Positions 24,146 to 36,969 of a stretch of 64,000 bases of DNA are shown here, in pieces. The notes under the pieces were generated by a model, which was not told the DNA's origin, searched no databases, and saw only the letters and a list, made by a program, of their open reading frames with translations. The position numbers and the translations under genes were made by a program. How positions within the stretch are numbered: position 1 is the stretch's first letter; every line of letters starts with the position of its first letter. Source of the DNA: Mytilus californianus. Its lineage: Eukaryota. The stretch is taken from the NCBI RefSeq assembly GCF_021869535.1, contig NW_026262581.1, positions 96,100,001-96,164,000 of the forward strand. The letters run 5' to 3'.

Positions 24146-25121
24146 TTTTTATACGCCCGTTTACGGGACGTTTTATGGTATACAGTTGTCCGTCTGTCTG
24201 TCTGTCCGTCTGTCCGTCCATCGTCAACATGTCGGACATTAACTCAAAAATGCTTTAACCAATTTGCATAAAACTTTGGTGAATTGTTTTTATTTATTGA
24301 CGTGAGCTCCCTTTCGTTTTTTATAAATTTTAGATTTTACATTTCCGAGTTATGGGGTTTTATTCATTAAAAAAAGGGGGATTTTCAAGTTTTCGTACAA
24401 TAACTCTAGAATGCTTTCACCAACTTGCAAGAAATTGTGGTGAATTGTTTATATCTATTGACATGAGCTCCCTTTCGATTTTTATATATTATAGATTTTA
24501 CGTTTCTGAGTTACAGGGTTTTTTTCATAAAAAAAGGGGGATTTTCCAGTTTTCAGACAAAAAATCAAAAATGCTTTCAGCAGTTCTTATGAAACTTTGG
24601 TGAATTGTTTATATCTATTGATGTAAGCTCCGTTTAGAATTTTATAAATTATAAATTTTACATTTCTGAGTTTCGGGGTTTTATTCATTAAAAAAGGGGG
24701 GATTTTCCAGTTTTCAGACAATAACTCAAAAATGCTGTCAGCAATTCTCATGAAACTTTGATGAATTGTTTATATCTATTGATGTTAGCTCCCTTTACAT
24801 TTTCATAAATTTCTAATATGACATTGAGAATTAATTGAACTTTATTTGTTTATAGTCTGACAACAGATTTACTAAGTATTGCGCAACAGCACAGTGTATT
24901 GCACAACAGCAAGAAATCTTTAATTGAATATAAATTCAATTCATATAACCAATTTCAAGTTCTTTGACTACATTTATTCAGAAACCTATAATATGTCAAA
25001 TATTTAATTACAATCCAAATTCAGACCTGTATCAAGCTTGAATATTGTGTCCACTTTTGCCCCAACTGTTCAGGGTTGGACCTCTGTGGGCGTATCCAGC
25101 TGCGCTCAGCGAAGCAGTTTA
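24146..25121 (+). mobile_element. HINE-like element with (GTCY)n microsatellite and ~161-bp x4 array
   Basis: IR atacgccc (24151) / gggcgtat (25088); 3' hairpin gctgcgctcagcgaagc; unit marker at 24279, 24440, 24600 and 24761. Confidence 0.8.
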
Positions 25122-25489
25122 TTATGTTACTCAAACCACCCCATATTTTATGTATCGGTAAGCATGGTAAGCATGTGGAAATGAAAAAAGTATAATAAAA
25201 GTTGATTAGAAAATGCATTTAACTATATAATATCTGTACTTTAGACAACCAAAGCACTGGTGGTTGAAGTGAAAAGAATATTAACACTGCCACATGTTTA
25301 TGTGCCTGTCCAAGTCAGGAACACTTGTCAGTAGATTGTTGAATATCATATCTTTGTTTTTTGTTATTATGAGAATTGGGTGTTGACAGAAGAACTTTGA
25401 CTGTTTCTGTTTACCATAATTCATTTGCAAATTTTATTGACGATTTAAAGTTTCATACATTGTATAAATGCCTGTTTGTTGTTGATCGT

Positions 25490-25830
25490 TGATATTAGTG
25501 ATGGATAGCTGTTTAATGTCCAGTGGCAAATTAAATGCATATTCAGGACCATAACATGTTAATGTGATATGAATATATACCATGCTTTGTACTAGAAAAA
25601 CACGCTCAGCAGGATTTTTAACTTGCTCATTCACATGGTAACAGTCTGCAGGAAGACACATAATAATATCTTAGGTCAAGCAGTCTTTGCTTTTACTATT
25701 AAATGCTTCACGCTTGGGGGAGAGGTAGCAAATACCAATTTTAAAATTTTTTGTTTGACCAGCTTGGGGATGAATCCTACTACCTCCCGCACTTGAAGTG
25801 AGCATGCCAATATGTGACCAAGGAAGCCGT
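25490..25830 (-). mobile_element. tRNA-headed SINE with Meta-domain-like core, degenerate
   Basis: Minus strand aattggtatttgctacctctcc...gcatttaatagtaaaagcaaagactg and tail tgccactggacattaaaca; shares its core with 32640-32833. Confidence 0.6.
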
Positions 25831-26424
25831 TTGTTGTTGAAGACTGTATGTTGCCCTCTAGATGTCTTTATTTTTTTTGTCTTTGGGTTGCTGTCTCATT
25901 GACGTATACCCAACATCTTCTTTTATTCATAAATAATACAAACATGCTTGCAGTAACTGACAGCAACCTTTAAGTTCTTAATCTACTTATATAGAAATAA
26001 TGCCTTCCTTCACTCTATTATTGGCCACTGTATTTCCAAGTATATTTCATACATCATGTTCTGGAAGAAAAAATACAATCTTGTAAAATGCCCAAATGGT
26101 CTTGTGTTATCTTACCTATGCTATATTGGCAACTTGTATTTATGGGAATAAAACATTTGAAGCAAACATTTTTCATTTAATATGAATACAATCAATAAAC
26201 TCTGTCATCTTAAATTTAATTATATCATCAAAAATATTTGGCAAACACTGTCAATAGATATTCTTTATTCAGCTTCAGTTCATTATTTTCAGTTTTGATC
26301 CTTCTTATCATCATACTTTTAATACTGAAATAACTGAACATTTGGCAAAGTTAACCAAAAATGCTAAATTCTGTCTCTAAACAAAGGCTAAAAATAAGCA
26401 ATCTCATTCTTCATATAAAAAATC

Positions 26425-27456
26425 TTATTTTTTTGTTTTACTGTCATTTTTCATTTTATCCACCCATATAAACACATCACATCTAGCTTCAGGGTTACTA
26501 CTATGACCCTCTGGTCTGTTGCATACAAAGAATTGTTTCCCTTTGTTTGGGCCATCCTTCTTCACTGTCCTCAATACACAGGGTTCTTTGTGTCCTTTAC
26601 ACAGAGGTGCAGTAGGAGGACCTTTAAGCAACTGTTTCCATGCCTGAGCTGATGAACCACTTGTCACAGTCTTTGTTTCTGTTTTTGTAGTATTGTCATT
26701 GGCCATTTTAGGATTTATTTCCCCCTTTGAGAATTCTTCAGGCTTTTTCTCTTGTGAAGTATCCTTACCACTGCTTCTGTCATTAGTATGAACATTTGAC
26801 TTTGGAATGGAGAAGAAATTTTTTAAACTAGCTTGTTTTGATAGGCTGCCCTGATCATTCTTCTGTCTTTTAGCAGATGGTAACTTACTAGCAATAGAAT
26901 TTTCTCGCTTAAAACTGCTTTTGTTGTTAGATATATATTTTTGTTTTTCTTCCTGTGAGCTTGAAAACCCATCCTCTTCTTCAGATTCCTTAATTGATGA
27001 TGGTTGGCTGTCAGAACGTTTTACAAAAAAGGATGAGAGTTTCTGCTGCTTGCCTAAAAACTCTGGCATAGATTTTGAACACAACGATGGGCATTTTACA
27101 GATGGAATAAAATTTCCATGAAAAACAGCTTTACATGGACAGTGATCAGATCCTTCTACTTCTGGCATAACAACACAATCTTTAGAATCACATACTAAGC
27201 CAATATCAGTAAATATGTAATCTAACCGCCTCCCATAGTTTGTAGCTCTAGCTCCTGTTAGGGAGCACCAGTTTGTGTAAGCTTCTTTTTTGTCTGGATA
27301 TAAATATCTAAGTGTATCAGAAAAACAACCACCTTTTGCAGTACTTGTAACAGCTTGGAATCCTTCTATGGTGCGAAAGTCCTGAATTTCTGGATCTTTG
27401 TCCTGGTCCCAAAGAAACTGATTCAACCATATTCTACTTGGCTTTCTAATGAAACA
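26425..27456 (-). CDS. APEX2: AP endonuclease 2, last coding exon (EEP C-terminus, PIP boxes, zf-GRF)
   Basis: ttctag acceptor, phase 0 (CFIRKPSRIWLNQ); NYGRRLDYIF, GSDHCP, PLCKGHKEPC...GKQFFVC...C..FIW. Join 36969-36855, 33025-32942, 32505-32322, 29679-29533, 27972-27903, 27456-26425 = 1632 nt, 543 aa. Confidence 0.97.
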   Translation of the reverse strand, partial: CFIRKPSRIWLNQFLWDQDKDPEIQDFRTIEGFQAVTSTAKGGCFSDTLRYLYPDKKEAYTNWCSLTGARATNYGRRLDYIFTDIGLVCDSKDCVVMPEVEGSDHCPCKAVFHGNFIPSVKCPSLCSKSMPEFLGKQQKLSSFFVKRSDSQPSSIKESEEEDGFSSSQEEKQKYISNNKSSFKRENSIASKLPSAKRQKNDQGSLSKQASLKNFFSIPKSNVHTNDRSSGKDTSQEKKPEEFSKGEINPKMANDNTTKTETKTVTSGSSAQAWKQLLKGPPTAPLCKGHKEPCVLRTVKKDGPNKGKQFFVCNRPEGHSSNPEARCDVFIWVDKMKNDSKTKK

Positions 27457-27902
27457 CTAGAATAAAAGAATTTATAAATATTATTATTAATAAGGTCTAA
27501 CAAAACAAAAAAACAAAATTGCTAATCTACAATTGACTGGATAATCATTAAACATATATAATATGTAAAAATTCATTGTGTTAAAATTTTACTTCAGTGC
27601 AAAAACATACTGTGATATGAAACAATAATTGTGTGCAATACAGGTCAGAGTGACCAATATTTTGTATAATACTGCTATAATTTCCTACTTTTCACTTTTG
27701 TACAACAGCCAAGTCATGGGATAATTAAACCTTTCTATCAACCTTAAATGCTGGTTTTGAATGATATTAAGAAATGTATGCCAATCATATATTAATGCGT
27801 TTTTCCTTCACCAAATGAAGCATAAGATGCCTTACATACACATAAATACACACATGTATATTTTCATAGAAATGACATTACTTAAACTAAACAAATTCCT
27901 AC

Positions 27903-27972
27903 CTCATCATCTGGATCACAGTGGTCTATTTCTTTGTGAGTTGTATTTATATCTCCTAAAACTATAACATGG
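27903..27972 (-). CDS. APEX2: APEX2 coding exon 5
   Basis: (S)HVIVLGDINTTHKEIDHCDPDDE, catalytic GDxN motif; tttcag / gtagga. Confidence 0.95.
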
Positions 27973-29532
27973 CTGAAAGAAGAAAGAAAATATATGTTTA
28001 TGTTTACAAGGTTCTTTTCTGAAAAGCCATTATTAGGTACAACTGTACTGATCAGAAGTTTCCAATTTAATAATGTTTTTCTTTAAGTTCCCATTAACTG
28101 TTTCAAATCAGCCTCTTTTTGGCATCAAACATGGAAATGCAATATTGATATAGCAAAAGGTGCAACTTTAAGACTGTCTATACTTGCCTTTTTTTTAAAC
28201 CGGTAAAACAAATTTTGCAGTTATAATTTCAAAAACCTTTTTTCTATAAACTAAACAGAAGCAGACAGACAATTTTGAACATCAATCCTTTTCTCGAGAT
28301 TTATTCTAAAGAAATATCTAACAATAATATGTCCAAACAGATCATTAATGTACCTACCGGGGTATATGCAACAACAAAGATTTCTCAAATAAAATTACTT
28401 AACCTACCAGGGTACTTATGTAACCATAAACTGGTTATCTACACTTTGGCTGGTTTAAAGCTTAATTACATATGGGATAGACTATAATAAGTATCTAGTG
28501 TTAAAGACTATGTTTACTAGTACAATTGTTTCATGTCATTTGGGGTCATATTGATCATGACATACACCCCCATATCCGCTTTTTCTAACATATTTTGTCC
28601 TTGGAGTAATTGATGGTCAGTGACATCCTCAGATATCAGACTTGTAAGGAATGCTATACATTTCATTAAATCTAGTTTACATCACCACTCCTGTGGTTTA
28701 TAAAAAAGATTTTTTATTTTACAGAGATGCTTCAGTGTCTGTAACAAATCTGCACATGTATATCAACTTCAATTCCACCAATTTTCTAATCCATGTTATT
28801 TAAAAGGCAAACTATTTTTAAATTTCAAATGGAATCTGCCAACTTGATCAGATTGACATCACATTTTATTTCTACCCCTGGCATAAGTTATGCCAAGCTT
28901 AATTTTATTTAATTTTGATTGTCCTGTAGATCCGAAATGTTCATATTTTGTCTAATTTTTAAATCACATGTATCACAACATCATATTAATTTTGCACAAA
29001 ATTTATGGATCTTAATGTGGCAAATTTTTTTATAGAATTGTCTAGTAGGATAAAACACACTAAGATAAGGGTTGCAAAATGGCATAAGCTGACTTTTTCT
29101 CAAAAAATGGCAACAAATTGCAAAGTTTGACACATATTTATGCATAGGAAATATCCAACACAATCAAGAACCAAGCTATATTTATAACAGAGGAGTTGTT
29201 CATTTTGACTTTTGTGGTAAATTATTATCTTGACTGCATTTGCTTTATATTTGTAAGTCTGATAACCATTTGAACCTCAACCTACATATAATTCATATAA
29301 ACAATAAAATGTACTTTTTCCATGATGTAAAGTATTGTGGCTCCTTAACTACAGTAATTTATTTATTCATATGTTTTTTTATCTCAAGTTTAATATAAAT
29401 ATATGGTAAATGAAAACCTTAGGTACATAAGAAGTACAGATTTCAATGAAAAACTAAGCAGAACAATGCTCTTATCAATCATGTCCTCTTTCCAATATAA
29501 TTCCAAAGTGATGAACTAAAAAGATATTGTAC

Positions 29533-29679
29533 CTTCCACTATTAAGAAGGGCTTCTGCTCTCATCTGGAGTAGTGCATAAAATCTAAGCTGATAAACTTG
29601 GCGATCTTCTCTCTCAGGGTCAACACGTGGACAGTAGACATTAATAATGGCGAGATCTCCTTCATCTCCACTCTTCTTT
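29533..29679 (-). CDS. APEX2: APEX2 coding exon 4
   Basis: KKSGDEGDLAIINVYCPRVDPEREDRQVYQLRFYALLQMRAEALLNSG; tttcag / gtac. Confidence 0.95.
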
Positions 29680-30560
29680 CTGAAACATGCAAATCTGAGC
29701 TATAGTATCAAATGTAACAAAACACTCAATTTTTATAAACAATTCTGTTACCAGAATGACAAAGAAGGAGAGAATGTGAACATCAATAGGGTGTTTGTTT
29801 TCATTGGTAACGACAATGTAAGAACATTTTGTAATGAATAGTTAAAACTTCAACATTTGCTTACATCTTCCTTCTTTGTTTTTTTAGAGGACATTTGATT
29901 CATTGGCAGTTATGCCACATCTCGTTATTTTTATATTGAGTTAGTTTTGTCAGAAATGTTAATAAGTCAAGTTTTGAACGAACAAGGTGCCATAACTTCG
30001 GTACAGCTTATGTAAATAAAAAAAGAAATCCAATCATTCATGGAGCCTAAAAGTGTATAAACATTTTGTATAGATCACTCATAGCAAACTTGTGTTATCA
30101 TGAGATGAGCTACAACAAACAAGAATCAAAAACTAATGTCTTCCAGGTCAACTTACAAAAAACTTAGGTAAGTCAGGTTGTCTGAGTTTAAATTTAGGCC
30201 AAACAGGTCACTTTAGGCAAAGCTGATGTCATTTAGGTTTACTGATTGAAGGCTTCAAGGATCCAGCAGCAAATATATAACATGCAAATACAAGACAACA
30301 AAAATGTTGATGAGCTATTGGTATACATGTACCTATTTGTACTAGACCAACCTTTTAGAGTTGAATTGTTTTAAGGTGCTAGCAAATAATGTAGCAGTCA
30401 GCTTGTATAAATGTTCAGACGCATAATTTTAAGCTAGTCATGGATAGGCTCATATGACCTCCCTACTCAAGGCAAGCTCATTACCATGAGACCAACAAGA
30501 CAGTTTAGCTCATTTTATTTTATTTAACTGCATTAAAAACTGAATCAGTTTAAAATAAAA

Positions 30561-32242
30561 GAAGAGAGTTCCAATGTCCCCTGCGTTGCACATATTTTAT
30601 CTATCCAAGGTACAAGGGCAATAACTAAAAAATTTGTAAGGGTTCCGTGGAACCCAGAGTCTTGCCTACTTTTGCTGTTGTCTATGTTTTCAGTGTGATA
30701 GGGGAATGCACATAATAGGTTTACAGTTGATGAAATAAAACATTTGAAATGTATGAAAAAAGTTATGCTTGTAAAAAATGAATACAGTATGCAATCAAAT
30801 CTATAGATTATAAAAGAGTTGCAACATAAATTTATTGAATGAACAAATGATAAAGAAGATAATTTTTACATTGACAAAAGTCGCAGGCTCAACAAAAATG
30901 GGGAAATAATTATTAAATATTTTCCTATAAATACTATATTTTGATTGTAAGAAGCTTCTGTCAAGTTTGGTAAAAATCCAGAATGGTTTATGAATCTAAT
31001 AAATGTTTTAAAAACTTTAACTGCAGACTGTATGTAATGTTAACTGGAAGAAAAACTAAGTCCATTTAGAAGTAATATATGGAAAAACAGGAAATAAATT
31101 TTTACAAAATTTGCTTCTAGATACTAATTTTTGATCATAAACAAGCTTCTGTCCTAGTTTGGTACAAATTCAGGATAGTTTAAGAAAGTTATTAAAATTT
31201 TTAAAACTTTAACCACAGAGTGAATGTAATGTTAACTGGCGGAAAACTAAGTCCATTTATAAGTAAAATACAGATAAACTGGATTTTTTTTTTTTACAAA
31301 ATTTACTTCTGGATACTATCTTATGGTCATAAACAAGCTTCTGTCCAAGTTTGGTAGAAATCCAGGATAGTTCAAGAAAGTTATTAAAATTTCAAAAACT
31401 TTAACCACAGAGTGAATATTTGTGGACCCTGCCGACGAAAACACCGACGACGGAATGTAGGATTGCTATGTCTCGCTTTTGCACTTTCTTTTGTTGTTTA
31501 AATCTTTTTATTAATATCTTAGAGATATGAAGGCTTTAGAGCAAATGCAATGTGATTTCCATTATGATCAATATTTCCAAGGGGCATAACTCTTTACAAA
31601 TCTTTGATCAGAACTTATTTGCGAAATTGTCATATAAACCTTTGATATAAGTTTCATAAAATTCTGGCAAGAATTGAACACATGAAGCAAAGCAATTTTC
31701 CATATAATCAATATTTCCAAGGGCATAACTCTTTTAAAAATAATTAATCGGCACTGATTTTTGAACTCGTCAAAGACATTGCTGATATAAACCTACATTG
31801 TAAAAATCTGGCATGAATTGTACACACTAGGGTGCTCATAAGGCATTTTTCCATATAATTGATATTTCCAAAGGGCATAACTTTTTTAAAAATTATTGAT
31901 CGGCACCGATTTTCGTACTCATCAAAGACATTGCTGATATAAACTTATCATTTAAGTTCCATAAAATTCTGGCTAGAATTGTACACATGAGAGTACTCAT
32001 AAGGCAATTTTCCATATAATTAATGTTTCTAAGGGGCATAACTCTTTCAAAAATAATTGTTTGGCACTGATTTTCGAATTCGTCAAAGACATAGCTGATA
32101 TAAACCTATGATATAAGTTTCATAAAAGTCTGACAAGAATTGTACACATGAGAGGGCTAACAAGAATGGACAGATGGACGGACGGACGGACAGACACCCA
32201 GTATTTCTATGTCCCCCGCATCACGTTGTGAGGGGGATAATA
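30561..32242 (-). mobile_element. HINE-like element with ~150-160-bp array, interrupted by a second HINE-like element (30627-31480)
   Basis: Minus strand: 5' atccccc...gggggacat then (GTCC)n; 3' gcaggggacattggaactctc. The inner element has a gggttccacggaaccc 3' hairpin and ~190-bp repeats. Confidence 0.65.
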
Positions 32243-32321
32243 AGGTCAACTTGAGTAAAAAATGTTCATTTCATTAAAGTAAAAAGTTAGGTTTACATGA
32301 CATAAAAGACTGTATACTAAC

Positions 32322-32505
32322 CTTATTTTGTGCTGAGTTATGATGGTTCTTCCTTCTGCATCAAGTGATTCCAGCTCATCTTCTGTAAAATCTTGAATCT
32401 TGCCATAACAACCAACAACGTTTTCATTTTTCATTGATAAAGATGAATGCAAGCCTTCCTCTGACTTAAAAGGTGTAGCTGAGTCCCTGCAGAATGTAGC
32501 AACAC
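32322..32505 (-). CDS. APEX2: APEX2 coding exon 3
   Basis: GVATFCRDSATPFKSEEGL...LDAEGRTIITQHKIR; ttctag / gttagt. Confidence 0.95.
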
Positions 32506-32639
32506 CTAGAAAACATTAATGGAAATTTAAAGGAATATAAAAATATGGCTGCAGTCGATGGTATATATTATCATGTTGATGATAGTGTATGCACTTCTGA
32601 CCGTCTAGCGTTTTACAATATTAATGTTATAATGTTAAT

Positions 32640-32833
32640 TTGCCTCTGCATCTGGACAAATTATTCTGACTCAGAGCTGACTAGTCTTTGACACTCTTTG
32701 ATCTTATTCCAAACGCTGTGAGCTTGGCGGAAAACCAGCAAATACCAATTGTCATGTCTTTGATCCAGCCAGAGATCGAACCCACAATCTCCTGCACTCG
32801 AGTCAATCACTCTACCACAAGATCACCGCAGCG
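32640..32833 (-). mobile_element. tRNA-headed SINE with Meta-domain-like core
   Basis: A box tggtagagtga, B box ggttcgatc, core aattggtatttgctggttttccgccaagc. Confidence 0.65.
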
Positions 32834-32941
32834 TTTCTATTTTGTGCAAAGTGAATCATCCAAAATCAACTTGTTTACCTATGAGTAACTCCAAGGAATG
32901 TTTTTTATCTCCAGATTGTTGAGTGTACTACAGCTTCTCAC

Positions 32942-33025
32942 CTGAGTATCCACTTCTCTTTCTAGAAAAACTGAAATATGAATTATACCCATCAACAATG
33001 GCTGTTGGTTCATCTAACTGATCAC
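32942..33025 (-). CDS. APEX2: APEX2 coding exon 2
   Basis: DQLDEPTAIVDGYNSYFSFSRKRSGYSG; ttgcag / gtgaga. Confidence 0.95.
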
Positions 33026-33071
33026 CTGCAAAATAGTTCAACTTAACTTTTAATATTTATTTATATGAATA

Positions 33072-33278
33072 CTGTAAATTCAGAAATTAATGCATGCATT
33101 TATTATTGTAAATCACTAATTTCTAGTAAAAATGCAAGATCTTATTAATGTGATTGCAGAAATTTTGTGAAGGAAAACCACTACTGAAATTATGTATGCA
33201 AGTTTTTATTATTGTGAACCAGATACTGTCACATTTTTCGCATTAATAAAAACATCCCAATGATTTCTGAATTTACAG
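33072..33278. mobile_element. TA-flanked MITE (Tc1/mariner-like)
   Basis: ta-ctgtaaattcagaaat ... atttctgaatttacag-ta: perfect 16-bp TIR with TA duplication. Confidence 0.8.
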
Positions 33279-33795
33279 TAATTCATACCTATTAATCCAA
33301 CTTTATACTTGCTAAATAGTTCAATTTAAGAATTACATAATTGTGCTTGTGCTGGTAAAAAATAAAGAGTTATGTGCAATAACATATTCCATCTTGTTTC
33401 TATGTATTTTTCTAAAAAGCAATTTTACCAAGTACTGGTTAAATACAAATAAAATCTTAAAGAAATAAAACCTTTAAAATGAGAAATGGATGCCTTTAAA
33501 TATAGGTCATAGATTCAGAAAGTTGTGTTGACCTGTCTTTCCAGGTTATAAGTTCACCCATACTGTCATCATGCAAAAGCAAAGATTAAAAGAACTAGAG
33601 GTCTACAGCTTAGTCTCTGTGAGCTTGGAGAATAATTTTCTGGTGAAAATTAAAAAGAAGCAAGAGCTTTGACTTGAAAAATACAAATATGGTTTCATAA
33701 CCTGAGTTGTAATAAAATAACTAAGGACAATTCTGCACAGAGACAAAAGATCAACGGTTGCAACTTGCATTGTTTGTATATTAACTCTAATATAA

Positions 33796-34110
33796 AAATA
33801 ACGAGACGTGGTATGATTGCCAATGAGACAACTATCCACCAAAGTTCAAATGAGGTTGATGTAAGCAATTATAGGCAACCATACGGCCTTCAACAATAAG
33901 AAAAACCCATACTGTATTGTCAGCTACATTTATAAAAGGCCAAGACATGAAAAATGTGAAACAATTCAATACAGAAAACTAACGGCCTAATTCATAACAA
34001 AACAATTTACGAAAAATAAATACGAGACATGATTCAATGACAACCACTGAACTACAGGATCCTGACTTGGGACAGGCACATAAAGAATTTGACAGAGTTA
34101 AACATGTCTA
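33796..34110 (+). repeat. High-copy interspersed repeat (gtggtatgattgccaatgagacaac family)
   Basis: Related copies in this window at about 23255-23376 (+), 35545-35885 (-), 42620-42675 (-) and 46900-47190 (-). Confidence 0.7.
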
Positions 34111-34294
34111 TTGTCATAACATCTTATAATTGTATTCTTTACAATGTATACATGTATTTAGATATGTTATGCATTTTTACCTATGGACCAGTTGCCATTA
34201 TGTTGTTTAAGATGACCTTTCTGCACTTGAATAAATTGTAACTATGTTTATAATTTAAAAAAAGATTCACTAATTTCTAGTAAAAATGCAAGAT

Positions 34295-35068
34295 TTTGCA
34301 TCGGCACTAAACACATTTATTTAAAAACCAGTTGTTGGCATGACACGGGTTATGTTCTTCTCATATATGTTATGATGGTATGATACTAAACCCCTAGTAA
34401 AAATGCAAGATTTTGCATCGGCACTAAACACATTTATTTAAAAACCAGTTGTTGGCATGACACGGGTTATGTTCTTCTCATATATGTTATGATGGTATGA
34501 TACTAAACCCCTAACGGGAAGGATTGTGCCTGATATTCATATGATGAAGACATAATCTTTCAATCAGTTTAATTGAAGTCTGGAGCTGGCATGTCAGTTA
34601 ACTGCTAGTAGTCTGTTGTTATTTATGTATTATTGTCATTTTGTTTATTTTCTTTGGTTACATCTTCTGACATCAGACTCGGACTTCTCTTGAACTGAAT
34701 TTTAATGTGCGTATTGTTATGCGTTTACTTTTCTACATTGGCTAGAGGTATAGGGGGAGGGTTGAGATCTCATAAACATGTTTAACCCCGCCACATTTTT
34801 GCGCCTGTCCCAAGTCAGGAGCCTCTAGCCTTTGTCAGTCTTGTATTATTTAAAATTTTAGTTTCTTGTGTACAATTTGGAGTTTAGTATGGCGTTCATT
34901 ATCACTGAACTAGTATATATATTTGTTTAGGGGCCAGCTGAAGGACGCCTCCGGGTGCGGGAATTTCTCGCTGCATTGAAGACCTGTAGGTGACCTTCTG
35001 CTGTTGTCTGTTCTATGGTCGGGTTGTTGTCTCATTGACACATTCCCCATTTCCATTCTCAATTTTAT
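34295..35068. repeat. Interspersed repeat ending cacattccccatttccattctcaattttat
   Basis: Its end is the reverse complement of 41305-41385; 117-bp tandem duplication at its left edge. Confidence 0.65.
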
Positions 35069-36854
35069 CATTTATTTTCATTGGATGCCAATTCTCATGG
35101 ATTGGGTAAACATTGTATTTTCATAGATTTTCTTTGTGGTTTTGACAAATTCTGCATACAACATTGTATAAGCCTATAGGTAATTCCAGAAGTCTGGTAA
35201 TTCATATTTTGCTGAACACTGAAAAAGCTTTACTTATCCCCACTAAATCCACAGAAATGAGTACCAAACAAATAATAATGAATCCACAGTATGTTGGTCA
35301 GTAAAGCTTTGGTTTTTGATACAAAGAGTAGTAGGTGAATAAAAAGTATAAAATGATATTAGTGGAGAAAAAATAGTTAAGAAGTTATTAGCTTGTACAT
35401 GGATCTTTTAGGATTTGGGGATAGAAACTTGGTACACCTTTTGAGGGATCGAAAAAAAGGAATCTCAAAATCAAGATAAGCTAATAATTTTCTGAAACTA
35501 TGCATACAGTTTTATGGTGTCTTTCTATGTTGTGATGTTACACTATTGTTTCAGGTTAGGGTGAAGGTTGGCGCCTATTAAAACGTTTAAACCTGCTGCA
35601 TTTGTTTGCACCTGTCCTAAGTCAGGAACCTGATGTTCAGTGGTTGTCATCTGTTGATGTGGTTCATAAGTGTTTCTCTTTTCTCGTTTTTTATATAGAT
35701 TAGACCGTTGGTTTTCCTGTTTGAATAGTTTTACACTAGTCATTTTTGGGGCCCTTTATAGCTTGCTGTTCGGTGTGAGCCAAGGCTGTGTGTTGAATGC
35801 TGTACTTTGACCTATAATGGTTTACTCTTACAATTTGTGACTTGGATGGAGAGTTGTCTCATTGGCACTCATACCACATCTGCTTATATCTATTTAGAAT
35901 ATATTTATCTATACCTAATTTCATGCTTGCATCACAGCTGAAGATTGACCAATCAGATAATTAGATTGTGTTTATCTACTTAAATATTGGAGTTGAAGCT
36001 AGGGAGAAATCAACTGGTTTTACCATATATAATACTTCCTTTATATCTATGGACAATAATGAAAAGCTTATTTTTTTAAATATAAGTCATACTCGAAAAC
36101 TAGCCAAATACATCGTACAGGCATATTTCAAAAGACGAAATTCTGTTTACAAATAGCTTAATATCTTTATATTTTTTAAAATTAACATTCGTCAACAAAA
36201 AGATAATTTCATGAATAATTTGTTATTTTGAAGAACGTGATAAAATTGTTTTATAATTATTTAAATTCATTTGAGGTGACTTATAGGTCCATTGGGCCGG
36301 GTGTATTAATATTAATATTTATAATATATTGTATGTTTATAATCTGTACATATTTACACATGTCACTATAATAAATAATTTACTTACTTTACTTACTTAT
36401 AATGATACAAATTTAAAAATCAATTTATTTTTTGTTGAATCACTAAAATTTAATTTGAGATTGATTTTGCAATTCTCCTGATCATATTTGATATGACTTT
36501 AAAATATCTTTGTGATATCTTTTACCATTTTGTTTTAGATTGCAGATAAAAATGGTGAATTCCCATAGAGTAACTGAGTTTGAGGTAAAACCCTGAGAAT
36601 ATCACCTCCTAGAAAAATAAGTGCCAGGATGTTCGAAAATATGTATAGTTCCTGCTTTAAACTTCTGCTTCTGCCAGATAATGGCTACAATGAACGAACT
36701 GATTATACTGCCATGGATTTGGTGCGCATATTGATTTTTTTAGGTGAACCAGTATGTCTGTACTCATAATATAAAATGTTGTGGTGTATACTATATATTT
36801 TATATAAATAATGAGCCAATATCAAATAAACATGTACATCGATAGGACACTAAC

Positions 36855-36969
36855 GGGTGACTTTTGTTTCTTGTAAACATATTATATCCGTGTCTAAGGA
36901 ATCAAAAAGGTCTTTCAAATTTCTTTTAGCTGCCCTTATTCCATTAATATTCCATGTCAATATCTTCAT
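36855..36969 (-). CDS. APEX2: APEX2 coding exon 1
   Basis: [38 protein letters not shown] (WNING and LQETK EEP motifs); donor gttagt, phase 1. Confidence 0.96.

Noticed and set aside
27421-27426. ORF-track start of APEX2 at MNQFLW (a TTG codon)
   Set aside because: Internal codon; the exon begins at the acceptor at 27456 and five more exons lie upstream.
33603-33660. LTETKL as the APEX2 LQETK exon
   Set aside because: It is followed by a stop, and the true exon with WNING and LQETK is at 36855-36969.
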